A stretch of 64,000 bases of DNA from Octopus bimaculoides (GCF_001194135.2 NC_068985.1:2486497-2550496); one strand, 5' to 3'. Shown: positions 25,333-39,212, counted from the stretch's first letter. Numbers and translations: made by a program. The notes: generated from the letters alone by a model not told the origin.

Positions 25333-26987
25333 CTGATGAAATAACAGGTGGTTTCTGATTGTATGGTACGTCAGTTACTAATAAACCACCATGCTTCCGA
25401 GACCTTTGTAACATATATTGAACTATCATTGTCCATTTATTTTCTTTTATTATATTTCTTTACTGTATGGCATGCATGACTAACATTGCTACTGAAGGTG
25501 GAGTTGCAGAATATCTGATATCATTAAACGATTGGAAAAGTTATTTAATCTTCTGATTGGATTATAAAAAAGGGAAAATATTAATTTATACTGTTCCTAC
25601 AATGTACACTGCTAGCCAATTACATACTGGAAGCTGCTGAGCTAGTGAACATGATTGACAAGATCTAAACCAATTGGTGTGTGTGTGTGTGTGTGAATGC
25701 ATTCACACATGTATGTATACTTATATGTATCTATATTTTTATCAACTGTCCTCTCATCTCCAGACAATAATCCTGTTCATTTCTTCATGACATGTCAACT
25801 CTGGAGAATTTTTGATTCATGAGATTGTCTCCCCTTCCCATATGGAACTCATTTTAATTATCATTTAGTAATTGAGACACATCTGCTAAAGGCAGAAATA
25901 ACTTTAATAAATCAAGTATTTATATTGTATGGTATTTGATAGACCTGCATTTGTCTATGATGCTCAAATACATGCCATTGACCCACTCTGNNNNNNNNNN
26001 NNNNNNNNNNNNNNNNNNNNNNNNNNNNNNNNNNNNNNNNNNNNNNNNNNNNNNNNNNNNNNNNNNNNNNNNNNNNNNNNNNNNNNNNNNNNNNNNNNNN
26101 NNNNNNNNNNNNNNNNNAAATTTTTTTTTTTTTTCTCAGAATTCCAAGAGTTCACATTCCTAAGAATGTTCTTTGCATTCTTGAGAGTATGTACTCTTTG
26201 TTTATGTTGTTCTGATTCTTACAAAGCAGATATAACTCCCTAAACTCTGTAAATGGTTAATTAACATAATTATAGCATTATGGGGAAAGTATAATGCTAG
26301 TGTTGATCCCAAAACTGTAATAAGAGCAGCAGCATTGTATAAGTGAAGGCAGCTGGTTGTTAATTAGATTATCCATTAAGGGCACCGTATTCTTCTGTTT
26401 GAAATAATGAATGTCTACTGAAAGATGTCTTGTTAATCTTTACAATTCTTTCTCTCACTTGATATGGCTGTTAGTTGACCTTTTAGACAAGTTGTGTTTC
26501 GGTAATGATCCAAGGAAATGACATAATGCCAGCATTTGAAAACATCATCATTTTCAAGCATTATTAATAGAAAAAAAAAAAAGAAGAAAATGCATATTTT
26601 GATATTTTCCATGAGCAAAATGACTAACTTTGTCTAATTGTAGATTTACATGTAACACAAGAAAAAAAGAAAAAAAAGAGAAAGACTCTCTTTTACTGTA
26701 CTATTAACTATTAATAACATTATGTTTCTAATAAATATGTTTGCTATCTCACCATTTATCTCTTTGTTGGCTTTTAATAACAGCCATTTACTTGTCGCTG
26801 CCAATCTGGTTTCTTTAACATTGCCAGGCCAATCATTATTCTCTTGGCTATAGGGTTAATCCATAAATCAACATATTTATGATAAGGTAGTTTTTATCAA
26901 AACATCTTAATCTTCGTGAAGATTTATGGTTGAATCTGGAAAACATCCGTGGCAGTTATAGTGCGGTCAAGCAACATTGTGTTGCCG

Positions 26988-27034
26988 TCAGAACAAACAG
27001 CAGCATCTCTCCACCCCATGGGGATGCGAGGAAG
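26988..27034 (-). CDS. Candidate terminal exon (phase 1: SSHPHGVERCCCLF*)
   Basis: Acceptor tttactgctggcttatag|, local CpG retention, Cys-cluster/CaaX-like end. No homology recognised. Confidence 0.3.
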
Positions 27035-27367
27035 CTATAAGCCAGCAGTAAATATAAAAAAAAAAACAAAAACAAAAACAAACTGTGGTTAGAGGCAGCA
27101 GTTTTTTTGTAAAAGCGTCACCAATTCTGAAATTATTTGTTGTGCTAATGAAAAGGACTGGAGGCTTTGAAATGACAGCAGTGTTTTAATGTGGGATGTT
27201 TTGGCACTGACAAATTATTAAGTACATCCCACTCCAGCAAATATTTTCTTGCTTTCTTCCTTTATTTGTGAGAAGTGGGTATGGAGGAGATGGTAAATGA
27301 TGCCAACCTCATTAATACTAATTTCGTAAAACCTGTTAAATGTGTCATACAAAAATACTGTTCATCA

Positions 27368-27690
27368 GGCGTGGCTATGTGGTAAGGAGCTTGTTTCCTG
27401 AGCAGGTAGTTCTGAGTTCAGTCCCACTGTGTGGCACCTTGGAGAAGTGCTTTCTGCTATAGCTTCAGGCCAACCAAACCCTTGTGAATGGATTTAGTAG
27501 AGAGACTGAAAGAAGCCTGTCATGTGTCTATGTGTGTCTCCCACCACTACTTGACAACTGGTGCATTTACATCCCCATAACTTAGTGGTTCAGCAAAAGA
27601 AACCAACAGAATAAAAAACAGCCTCTAAAAAGAAAATGATGAAGTACTCTGGTTGATTCATTTGACTAACATGGCCACAGTCTAAGGTTT
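27368..27690 (+). mobile_element. SINE family A
   Basis: GGCGTGGCTATGTGGTAAGG…GTTCAGTCCCACTGTGTGGCACCTTGG. Confidence 0.85.
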
Positions 27691-27869
27691 TAAACGTGCA
27701 TCTTGTCAAACTAAACTTCCTGTGTTGTCCTCCTGGTCTGACTCTTATTACTGTTGTGCACACAACACCCTGACACAGCTAAAATATAAACCAAAATTAC
27801 ATTCTTAGGAAGCTTGCAATACTGTCTTGTGGTTTGGGGTCTGATCCTCTCGTGTGGCACCTTCACTAA

Positions 27870-28130
27870 TTCATCATCCATCATTTTCAATCCGAGTTTT
27901 GTCCCCATTAACAGGGGTGGCTGGATCTACCTCAATGCTATAGCAACCGCTCTCACACCATTTCGCTAGCTTGCCTGGTTTTGGACAGCCTCCCTTTTCG
28001 AGCCAACCCTCCAAATCTCCTCCACCTGTCCCCTCCACATTTTCCTTGGTCTATCTCACTTTTGCTGTCCATTTACCACAAACTCTGGCACCCTCTTCCG
28101 TAAATCGTAGAAAATCCAGTTACATAAAAG
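27870..28130 (-). mobile_element. 3' end of a second RTE family
   Basis: Minus strand encodes a degenerate …PRKMWRGQVEE…REAVQNQAS.RNGVRAVA C-terminus and ends in a GATGGATGATG tail. Confidence 0.65.
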
Positions 28131-28944
28131 CCTCATGATTGCTAATTGCCATTTACAATAGCTTTGAGCTAACTGGTGCATTGTGAAAGATATTTAGTAG
28201 ATGGACACTATATGGAAGCCCTGTATGTGTGTGTGTGTGTGTGTGAGAGAGAGAGTATGGTTCATTTCTGTAAGTTCTTGAGGTGACATTTTTTCAGAAA
28301 TTATGATAATGTGATGTCCTCTTTTAAGCAAAATATCTGACAGCAGATTTACATCTTGAGATGTGGGATAAAATATTTTAAGTGAAAAACGAGGGTCAAT
28401 ATCAGGGAGGTTCTCCATTTCAAGGAATCTTATCTGATCAAAGCCAGCATCAGAAAAAAAATGGAGGTGGGTTTAAAAACAATAAATAGAAATAAATGGT
28501 CATACCAGTTGACAATATGAGACTAAGGTTGTCATTAGGCTTCTGGTAAGCCAGTACAACCTATCACATGGTCAGGATGTCAGCAACTTTACTGGCAACC
28601 GCATTGGGATTGCTTGGTGAGGAGGGTGGTTTAAGATAACCTGTGAGATGAGAAACAGAACCAAACAAAGAGTGGGGGAACTCAGTCAATGGCCTCCCAA
28701 TAATGTGTACATATGTCTATGCTAGACCACTCCTAGATGGTGATCTGTAGCATCACCCAATGATAAACAAGCTTATCATCTGGCCAGTCACTACAGTATG
28801 ACACTGATGCTAGCATCTTTTGGTCTGTCCTTGCCTGCTGGACAACATTGATTTTGTACTGAACCAGTTGCAAAAGCTAGTTTCACTTCATAACTTTGCA
28901 AGCAGTTATATGGTAAATAAAATGACCAATACAAAAGAAAAATA

Positions 28945-29100
28945 ACATCGAAAAATACCTCAGGAATGAGAAGCCAGGTTCGAAATTTCCCCAAGACACC
29001 TGATGAAGGCTGGAGGGTGTATCAGCTGAAATGTTGTGTTAACAACAAACAAGATGAGGACAAATATCCATCAAATGTAAATAATGTACATAATTCTTAA
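28945..29100 (+). ncRNA. Headless copy of tRNA-hammerhead repeat (family HH-A)
   Basis: GACAC CTGATGA (29000-29006) A GGCTG…CAGCT GAAAT GTT GTGTT. Confidence 0.7.
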
Positions 29101-30844
29101 ATCTCTTAAATATAGAACTGACATCATGGAAGACCTAGACTGAGATTCAAAGACAGTGCAGAAAGAAACTCAATTGAAAAACTGACCAGTCTGGGGAAAG
29201 CTTCAAAGTCTTCACAACTGACTTCAGATAAAGCTTCTGGAGTTTCTTGTGGAACACTAAATAAGATCAAGTGGAATTAATGGTTAGAAACTAAATAAAC
29301 CCTTTCTAAAAGGCCCCATAACGATGGTGGAATGGTACATATCTCCTCCAGTTTTCTATGACATGTAGAAGAAGCAAAAAAGTCACTTCCTCATTACTTG
29401 ATTTCAGTTTGTCACAAGAAGAATACAACTTGAGTGATTTGTCAGCTGAGTCAATTGACTCAGCTGTTGAGCAATGGATCATAACAAACATCTCTACTTA
29501 AAGCAAAGATGAGCCAATGAGAAAGCTTGACCTACAAGAAATAGTAATGAATGTTCCCTCAAATCACATGTCACTACTTTAGAAATGGAAGGACTCATTG
29601 AATAATATGGTCCTAGATACATTATGCATGAAAGATAAATGAAAATAGTCATGACTCTTTGATGATAGGAGTTACTTGGGTATAACCAATAACTACTTCA
29701 TATGGAGAGTCTCAGATGTTTTGGTTCTGGACACAACATTATCTCCACTGTAAAGTACAAATTTTTATCTCACTACTATGGCTGTTTGGTTGTCTCCCCT
29801 TTGCCTTCTAAAGCCTCGTGTGGCTCAACAGCAATTTTATTAAACATCAACAATTCCTAGCCTTAGCAAATCAAAATGGTTGTGGAATATATTCTCTCTC
29901 CCTCTCCCCCTCTCCCTCTCTCCCTNNNNNNNNNNNNNNNNNNNNNNNNNNNNNNNNNNNCCCTCCTCTCTCTCCCTCTCCCCCTCTCTCCCTCTCCCTC
30001 TCCCTCTCCCCCCTCTCTCTCCCCATTCATGGCTGAGGTTGCTTTGACAAATTTGTCCAGCTGAATATTTATTCATGGAACAGTTATTTCGCAAAATGGT
30101 TGTCATTCTTTCAGCTAAACAGAAAGTAAGAATGAAACCTATTTATCACTGAAGCAGACCAACAACACAAGAATTATGTGCTTTGGTCGAGGACATAACA
30201 AAAATAAATAGCCATAGTTGTAATGTGGTCATTTATCCAAATGACCATAATGTATTTTGGACTGTATTATCCAACTTTAGATCAAATAATAATAATTGAC
30301 GATTCCTTACATTCACAAATTTGAAAGATTATTTAATTGAATTGACCCCTAAACCTGTTGAGTTGATGTTAAGCTCAGAGGGGAAAATAAAGAGGCTGCA
30401 ATAAATACTCGATTCTATTTTGTCTGCAATATTTCAACATGTCGACTAACTCCACTGCCTTCGTTTCTGCGGAACAACTCTTGTTACAACAATAGTTTGT
30501 GATTTAGGATTCTGATTTAGTTTCAAGTCCAGGAAATTTTAGGGGACAGAGTTAATACAACCAATCCCAATAATTGTTTGATCCTCTATTTTATCAACCA
30601 CAGAAGGATGTAAAGCAAAGTTAGCCTCAAGTGGGATTTGAAATTAAAATCTAGGAGAGAATAAATACCACAAACCCTAGTTTTTTATGCTCTGCTGACT
30701 CACCTAAGCTCATTGCCTTAACAAAACAATTTTATATAATAATAATATAATAATAATAATAACAACAACAACAACAACAACAAGGCAACATCAATATCCT
30801 CTCAACAATTAGCCAGAGATGATTTTTAAAATGAGAATATCTGA

Positions 30845-31096
30845 AATATATTTACATATTTACATTTGATGAATATTTGTCCTCATCTTATTTGTTGTTA
30901 ACACAACGTTTTGGCGGATATAACCTCCAGCCTTCATCAAGTGTCTTGGAGAAATTTCGAACCTGCGTTCTCATTACTAAGATATTTTTCCGATGTTTTT
31001 GTTGTTGTTATTATTATTATTATTTAGGTCACTGCCTGGAATCAAACTCAGAATCTTGTGGTTAGTAGCCCGCGCTCTTAACCATTATGCCATATG
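30845..31096 (-). mobile_element. Full tRNA-head + (AAT)n + hammerhead repeat (HH-A), followed by inverted 3' fragment at ~31104-31180 (+)
   Basis: Head TGGCATAATGGTTAAGAGCGCGGGCTACTAACC…GAGTTTGATTCC; decayed core TTGATGA…AAAACGTT. Confidence 0.8.
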
Positions 31097-31181
31097 GAGC
31101 AACAAAGGCTGGAGAGTGCATCAGACAAAACGTTGCATTAACAACAAACAAAACGAGGATAAATATCCATCAAATGTAAAT

Positions 31182-32052
31182 CACCATCATCATCGTTTAA
31201 CGTCCACTTCCATGCAGTTTGACTGAGGACTGGTGAACCAGAGGCTGCACTAGGCTCAATCTGATCTGGCAAAGTTTCTACAGCTGGATGCCCTTCCTAA
31301 TGCCAACCAATCCACGAGTGTTGTGGGTGCTTTTACGTGTCACCATCAGGCGGTTATGGCAACAACGACGCTCAAAAGGTATTTTTATGTGCCACCTGCA
31401 TGGGAACCAGTCTGGCAGCACTGGCAATGACCACACTCGAATGTTGCTTTTCACGTGCCACTGGCACATGTGCTGGCAAGGCGATGCTAGCAACGATCAC
31501 GCTCGAATGGTTCTTTTCATGCATCACTGGCACAGGAGTCAATCCATGGCCCTGGCAACGATCACACTTGGATATGCTTCTTTTAATGTTCCACTGGCAC
31601 GAGTGCCAATCAGGTGGTACTGTCATCGGCCACGTCAGCAATTTTGATTTGTATACACTTGCCTCAATTTGTCTTTGCAAGCAAAGTTCATTGTCCAATG
31701 AATGAGGTGCACTCATTAGTGGGCCGGTTATACCCCACATTCGGATGTGCCTTTAACATTCCACTGGCACAATTGCCAATCATGCAGTACTGTCTTCGGC
31801 CATGTCAGCAATTTTAATTTTGATTTTGATTTCACTTGCCTCAATATGTCTTCACAAGCAAGGTTTATTGTCTAATGAATGAGGGATATTTATAAGTGGG
31901 TTGGTTACACCCACTGGCATAGGCCACGGGCTATGGTCTCACTTGGCTTGTCAGGTCTTCTCAAGCACAGCATATCTCCAAAGGTCCCGGTCACTAGTCA
32001 TTGCCTCGGTAAGGCCCAATGTTCAAAGGTCATGCTTCACCACTTCATCCGA
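31182..32052 (-). mobile_element. RTE LINE 3' end (ORF C-terminus and 3' UTR with ~5 hairpin units)
   Basis: Reverse complement of the 10300-10950 family. Confidence 0.9.
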
Positions 32053-32289
32053 GGTCTTCTTAAAGAAAATTAGAATCTTTAAGAAAAACTGTGACACACT
32101 GACATTCACATTTATTATATTAGATTTGTTTAATTTTGGGGAAACTTTATTTCAGTTAAAGTGCATTTTATGTGTGTGTGTGTGTGTGTGTGTCTACATG
32201 CATTAAAGAAAGCAAGATATAAAACAAAAATGATATTCAGTATGCTGGTGACAGGAATTTCTGTCAAATAGCCATGGTTAAACAAAGTT

Positions 32290-32610
32290 ATACATCATTT
32301 CCCTCTTTCTCTCACATACCCACTCTTTCTCTCTCTCTCTTATTATTACTCCCACTGCTACCATCAGTACTATTACTACTACTACTTCTAATAAAACATC
32401 ATCAACTCTCCCTAAATTTTTTGTCTCTCTCTTCTCTCCCTCTCTTTCTTTCTCTCTCTCTCTTTCTCTCTCTCTTGTCACTGCCCTCACTGTCTCTGCC
32501 TTCTATTACTCCCACCTCATCATGAGGAATAGTCATTGAATAGTGAGAGAGGGGGGTCTAAGTGTGACACACTGACACACAGAAATTAGTTTTCGCATTT
32601 ATTATAATAT
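32290..32610 (-). repeat. Interspersed CT-rich repeat, also at 55395-55718; possibly a non-autonomous Helitron
   Basis: Both copies share …CATCATGAGGAATAG…TCTAAGTGTGACAC…AAATTAGTTT.CGCATTTATTATA. The 55718 copy starts A|TCTAATATAATAAATGCG on the minus strand; no 3' CTAG found. Confidence 0.45.
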
Positions 32611-35311
32611 ATACATACATGATACATGCACCCACATATCTATACTATAATAAAGCTGCTTATTAATTAGCTTAGAGTTTGTAGCTTTTGCAAAAAGACG
32701 TCTATGTTTCCAAGAAAATTCTCAAAGATTCTAATTTTAACATACTTTTTATCAAAATGTGGTTTCAAGTTTCTTTTATTAATGAAGATTTCAGCTACAG
32801 AAAACTAATTTCAATTCACTGAGATAATACTTTTTTTTCTTACACTCTGATATTGTTTTCTCTTTGTCTTTTTTCTCTCTCCATGGCATTACTTTTTACA
32901 GACATATCAGTAAAAACTTTTCTCCAAATTATCCTTTAGCAACTAGTTTTCTTTTTCTTTAATATTTTTATCTTTCCTATCTTCACCAATCATTTGTAAA
33001 TTTTCATATGTAATAATTATTTCTTCCTCATCACTCAGTGAAAGTTATCTTACTATATAGGTCGATGCATTTAGAGGACAAGTTGTTTGCTCATCTATTT
33101 CTGACTCTGAGCATAAAGATATTTCACTCGCCATCCACAGTGTTTTGGTTAGAACTGCTCTGGACACAGAAGTTTGTTCTTTTCACCATCGCAGTTGACA
33201 TTTCCAGTTCTGTGTATTCAGCTTGGAGTTTTTAACTCTAACAAAGGTAACAACCAGGCTTTCTGCTCCGTATCATTAATCTCCAGCCCTTTGTCTTGGT
33301 GCCTCCTGCTAGGCACATTCCTGGTGTGGCACTGTGACCTTTGGGTGTCCTTAACTCTACTTTCACTATTCACCCACACAGCAACACAAAACTCATGACT
33401 AGTTGCAGACTTACATCATTTCTGATAACCCTTAAAGTCATTTTCCTGTTTCTCAGACGAATATATTGGAGATCAAATATATAGAGAGGTCTGACAATCT
33501 CACCTTGCATTTTGGGGCTGCATCTTTTGTTTTAAGGGCCATAATTTTTGCATTTTTAATTGAAAGAACTTTTCCTACGTCCTGGAAAATCTGTTGAATT
33601 CCTTGATATGAGCCAAAATTTTGTCTACTTCCATCTTTTCATAAGCAAAGATATATAATTTTTTTTTTTTTGCTCCCTCCTGGATATAAACCCCTGTGGC
33701 AAAGAAACGTGTCCAGCTTTACAAGATTCTCCTACATTTTCTTTTCTTTCTTGTAACAATGGTGGATCTAAATCTTCTGTTCCGATTGAGTCTGTATTAA
33801 AGGGACTGTTCATTTTAACAGAAAGCACTCTATGTACAGACTATAATATTTGATTCACTATTGTTGTTCATGCTGTTACCATTGTTACTATATTCAAAAC
33901 TACTTTATTCAAGTGTTGAGGGTATTTTTGTATCAAACATCATTCACTAAGCTGTTCACTTAACTTTCTTGTTCATTTGGTTGAATGTTTCCATTTTAAA
34001 GAATTATCTTAGATTTTTTTAAAATTTAATTTTGTTATTGTTGTTCTAGCATTCAGTTTTGTGGTGTTTGTTTGGTAGCCATTTCAATGTGAAAATGTAA
34101 TGTGCTAAATAAAATTTTAAACAATTGTCAAACAGATCGTTTTTCTGTCTACTCCTGGTTTTCCTTAGGTAACTATAATTCTTTCAAAGGAAATTTCATT
34201 TGTAATGCTTCTCCCAAAGAGAGAAGGAAAATGAATCTTTCACACAATGAGATGATGATGATGATGACGATGACAATAAAAAAGGATTTCTAACTCTAAG
34301 AGGAGGTTGCAGTTAGTTCAGTGAAACTCAAAACTTAACTGGTACAGATTTTGTAACCCCAGAATATGAAAAGCAAAATTAGTTCCAACAAGATTTGAAT
34401 AACCTAAGAGACATAATTAAAAAAACTAATCACTTCTACAAGAACAACCAAACCTATATCACAATAATTTATTTCACTACAATCGTCTTTATTTTCACAA
34501 TGACATTTTTTATTCACAACAACCACATCTAGAATCCCTATATCTATGTTCACAACAACCACATCTATAATAACATGCATATCTATATCCACAACAACTA
34601 CATCTACAAAAACTGCATCTACTACAGACAAGCTAGCATAGAAGCTAGTCAGCCGACGACTGAGAGAACTTGTCTGATGTCGAATTTGGCAAATAATCAA
34701 AAATAAACAAGAAAGGAAAATGGAAGCATAAAAATTAATAAGCAACCTTTGAATAGTGAAAGGGCAAGGGCTAGAAAATGACTTTGAAACGAAAAGATGA
34801 AACAGTGAGATGGCGGCATGATAGATAAATGGACAAAACCAGGAAATCCTGCTTTTGTAAAAATGATGACCTCCAACAGAGAAAAAATAAAATACACTAC
34901 GGAACAAAGATATGTTGCATTATATATAAAGTGGACAAGTCATAAAAACAAGATTCATTAATATTTTATTTTTAATCACAAAATTCAAATTAGCCTTGAT
35001 CACACTGGCCATAAAAGTAATGGAAATTACCCAAACCAAAGCTACCTTCATTGTAGTACATCTGCGGAGATGTATATTTTATGTATTTGCATTTAAATTT
35101 GGACATATTTTATTGTCCTAAGCAAGTATGGTAGTAAAGTAGTATTCGTAATATCTTTATATCTTTTCCCCCCTTTTTTTTATACTTTTAATAAGGGTCT
35201 TCAGTTATATGAGGACATCATGTAATTTTTTGGTGTTTTAGTTTATTGCTGGTATCAGATTAACAGGCATGGAGATCGAAATCAGTAACAGAACCAGGGA
35301 ACAAGTTTGTA

Positions 35312-35540
35312 TTCTACATTATTTACATTTGATGGATATTTATCCTCATCTTGTTTCTTGTTAACACATTTCGGTTGATATACCCTCCAGCCTTAATCAG
35401 ATGTCTTAGGGAAATTTCGAACCTGGGCTCTCATTCCTAAGGTATTTTTCGATGTTATTATTATTATTCAGGTCACTGCCTGGAATTGAACTCGCAATCT
35501 TGGGGTTAGTAGCCTGCGCTCTTAACCACTACGCTATATG
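35312..35540 (-). mobile_element. Full tRNA-head + (AAT)n + hammerhead repeat (HH-A)
   Basis: Head TAGCGTAGTGGTTAAGAGCGCAGGCTACTAACCCC…GAGTTCAATTCC; core CTGATTA AGGCTG…CAACC GAAAT. Confidence 0.82.
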
Positions 35541-35911
35541 TTTGTATCCTGTTACCAGGAGAGTATTGAGACTATGGTTATTTCTACGGATGAATTTACC
35601 ATTTCCTAAAGAGGAATTGTTATGGATTGTAAGCAGTAACAACACTGTGAAATGGATGAGTAGTTTTGTTGGTTTGCAGTGTTAAGTTCAATTCTTCTCT
35701 GCAAAAACAGTACATCTGATCGGTTGTCCTGTCTGGCAGAAGATATTAGCCTAGTCTGCTTCATGCCACAGAAACCAGAAATGAAACACTTAGTCAAAGG
35801 AAACATGGACTCCCACAAAAGGAAACAGTAAGGGTTAATTACTTAATTAATCTGTAAGGAGAAATATATGAAGCTGATACTAATAAAGTTTGAATTTAAA
35901 CTTGTGACTTA

Positions 35912-36106
35912 TTAACCCTTTACTGGCCATAATCCAGCTCAAATCACCCTGATCCAGAGTCCTGCACCTGTCCTACAATATAATTTTTGAAAAAATGAAC
36001 AATCACATCATCAAAATCTTGATGCTACGAGATTATACAGGATTAATTCAAAATGATGTGAATAAATAATACGTTTGACAGAGGAATCTGAATGCTGAAG
36101 GGTTAA
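35912..36106. mobile_element. piggyBac-type MITE (TTAA TSD)
   Basis: TTAA CCCTT…AAGGG TTAA; same family in opposite orientation at 52888-53102. Confidence 0.8.
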
Positions 36107-36588
36107 ATGAACGAGCATTGATGAAAATTTGTTAATTAAAATATTGATTTTATTCTTCATACTAAATCCATTTCGTAGAAAAGAAACTTTGTGGGGAAAA
36201 TATGCAGAGCAAGGAGAAAGAATTAGCTGAAGACTTAACAGCAGAGTTTCAAAATGGTGACTTTGTCTTGATTTGTAAATAATTCCCAAGTAAAACTATT
36301 TTTACATATATTCTTACTAAACATGAGAATGATGAGTGAATAAAGATAAGACTTGATGTCAGTCTTGGTAGACTTATGTGGATAAAGAATATACAGGTTT
36401 TGTGAAACTCTCAGCATGTATTTAAATGATTTCTACATCACGGTCAGAATTTGCATATTGTTTATGTCTGGATTAAAACAGATGTGTATATAAGGAAGGA
36501 GTAGGGTATCCTTTGAAATTATATATGAATTTGATAAACCTTGATATTGTTCAGTTCTATATTATTTATTCCCTGGGTCAGTTGTAAT

Positions 36589-36746
36589 CAGGACCGGCTA
36601 AAGGTACCGGCAACTTGGTTGCCTGGGGTGCCATGTGCTAGGGGGTGCCAAGGAGTGCATGACAAGGACATTCCCACGACCATCAGTTTGTACACGCTAA
36701 AGTTCAGCTTGCCCTGGGGTATCAGCAACCTTAGGAGCTGGCCCTG
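36589..36746. mobile_element. hAT-type MITE
   Basis: TIRs CAGGACCGGC / GCTGGCCCTG; degenerate 8-bp TSD gttgtaat / agtgtaac. Confidence 0.65.
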
Positions 36747-37559
36747 AGTGTAACCTATTAGATCTTGGATCAAATGCATTCCAGCTATGACCATACTGTC
36801 TTTTACTCAAACATGGAGTATTTATCCAATTACATTTTCCAATTTCTTCTTCCTTTGAAGATTTGGCTGCTATTTCTAGCAGGTTAAAACACCATACCAA
36901 GTCTGTTTATTGATGTGTTGTATAGTAATAGTTATTGTTTAGGGTCCAATCCAGCACCGTAAAAGTGGATATGTGGTCAAAGATTTCAATGGAAGTCAAC
37001 CCTTTCTTTTTCTCAGAAGGTGTATCGAGAACTGTATTACCCAATGTGTCCCTTTTTTTTTTAAGATAGTAAAGTGTGATTGAGGGAGATTTGGCTTCTA
37101 TCCCTTGCAAGTTGAACATTGTGTGCAGAGTCTCTATTGTTGAATCACTTTTTCGTTGTTTCATTGATTCATTTTACTGGTGACAGTGACTTCGCAGTAA
37201 TGTATGATTTCAAGAAATATGACTGTCACAATAATCTTTTTTATTTTAAGTGACATGTTCTGATTTAAACATTTTTGAAGAAAAAGAAAGTCTTCCCTTG
37301 AAGATGATAAAATTTCTTGTCACAATAGAACCATCAAGAAAGCAACACAATAAAAACCCAGTGGGACATGCAAGCACCTCATCAATTTTGCTTTAGTCAG
37401 GGTGTGATGTGGCAGCTGAAAAACCAGAATCTCTCAAAAGACAAAATACTTCAAGAAATTTATTGAAGCTAGGACTTGTGTCGAATATGTCTTATGCAAA
37501 TAGCAGGTTTCATTATAATAAATCTTATAATAAACAACATTTTCTGATTTTCATTTGAT

Positions 37560-37893
37560 AAAAACAGATTTAGTGGCACGTAAAAAGCACCATCCGAACA
37601 TGGTCGATGCCAGCCCCACTCCTGCCCCAACTGGCTCCTGTGCCAGCGGCACCTATAAAGCACCATCCAATTGTGGCCAATGCCAGTGCTGCATGACTGG
37701 CTCCCATGCTGGTGGCACATAAAAAGCACCTGCTACACTCTTGGAGGGGTTGCCATTAGGATGGGCATCCAGCTGAAGAAACATTGCCAGATCAGATTGG
37801 AGCCTGGTGCAGCCTCCTGGCTTGCCAATCTCCAGTCAAACCATCCAACCCATGCCAGCATGGAAGACGGACGTTAAATGATGATGATGATGA
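37560..37893 (+). mobile_element. RTE LINE 3' UTR with (GAT)n tail
   Basis: Hairpin units then …CCAACCCATGCCAGCATGGAAGACGGACGTTAAATGATGATG. Confidence 0.88.
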
Positions 37894-38089
37894 TGACATC
37901 AGTGTATTTTGATTTTCATGTCTGCATTTGTGGCTGTGTGGAAGAAACCAAAATTGTTGCCTCGTTAGATACCAAAAATGGAATTGACTTATCATCGTTG
38001 GCCTTTGGTCTCCTTAAATGGTATGTTTGGGAGCAAACAAACATCTCATTACATTCCAGAATCTACATTTATCGATAATCACTTACACT

Positions 38090-38480
38090 GGGCTGTGAGA
38101 GCAAATAATGGACATCATTTCAGAGCAATTTGGTTGTGTTGTAAGTTGTTCAAATAGAACAGCCATGTAGAATCCTTGTCTCTTCCAAGATTAACCATCT
38201 ATGAAATGATCAGATTTGTTGAAGTTGCTGTTGACAGGCAGCCATTTCTGAATTCATTCAGAAACAGCAGTTGTATTCGGTATGACCAAGTCAATCAAAC
38301 TGACCCTTCCATGTTGCTATAGCAACTACACAAACCAGTCTCCTGTCTTAAGAACGTCACATAAAAAAAGGTTGAAAATGATGAAAACAGATATGTGTGG
38401 CTACCAAATTAATTTTACTATCACATGTTCTGGTTTCCATTCCATCCGACTGCAAAGCATTTTGGATGAATGTCTTCTGT
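38090..38480 (-). mobile_element. Highly decayed mariner transposase remnant
   Basis: HPKCFAVGWN, QHGRVSLIDLVIPNTTAVSE, KRQG…VLF resemble the mariner catalytic domain. Confidence 0.45.
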
Positions 38481-38544
38481 TACAACATTTAGTTGATCGA
38501 TGTCTTTGAGTGGAACAGACAAGACAGAAATTGCAGAAAGCCAT

Positions 38545-38649
<105 letters not shown>

Positions 38650-39018
38650 TGTCCGTTGTGCCCCATAACTTGGTTTGACAAATAGCAAATAGAGAAGACA
38701 CAATAAGACTGCATGGTGTCACAGCATAGCCACAGTCCAAAGACCGAAAGCAGTAAATAAATGCGTGTGTGTGTGGGTGGGGGTACTATTTCACATTGAT
38801 ATTTTTTTGAAGTCCTGGGGTGAGTTTCTACATTTGTTAGAGGAATTGGCTTTTACAGTTCAGTGTCTTACCTGTCGCTAATCACCAGCCAACTTTGTTA
38901 TTTTTGTTCAGTCAGTTAAAATGAAGTGAGTTGCTTTTACCCAGGAGCACAACACTGTTGCAGAAGTAGAGTCATGACTTGCAGCCAACATCAGTTTGCT
39001 AATATCAAAACTTATGGA

Positions 39019-39186
39019 AGGCGGCAAGCTGGTAGAAACGTTAGCAAGCCGGGCGAAATGCTTAGCAGTATTTGACTTTCATCCTTTTGGAGTCGATAAA
39101 TTAAGTACCAGTTGCATACTGGGGCCAGTCTAATCAACTGGCACCCTCTCCAAAAATTTTGGCTCTTGTGCCTAATGTAGAAAAAG
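39019..39186 (+). mobile_element. SINE family B (internally deleted)
   Basis: AGGCGGCAAGCTGGTAGAAACGTTAGC…TTTCATCCTTTTGGAGTCGATAAATTAAGTACCAG. Confidence 0.8.
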
Positions 39187-39212
39187 AAAAAATTTAAAGA
39201 ATATCAAAAGTT

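Noticed and set aside
29407-29500. Plus-strand candidate terminal exon LSQEEYNLSDLSAESIDSAVEQWIITNIST* after a ttgatttcag acceptor
   Set aside because: No supporting plus-strand exons could be linked and no homology recognised; unresolved rather than disproved.
32700-34000. Possible very old Tc1/mariner- or Penelope-like coding remnants
   Set aside because: Too degenerate to show a diagnostic motif.
31030-35540. tRNA genes (heads of HH-A and other SINEs)
   Set aside because: No complete acceptor stem, and each is attached to a repeated body, so they are SINE heads.
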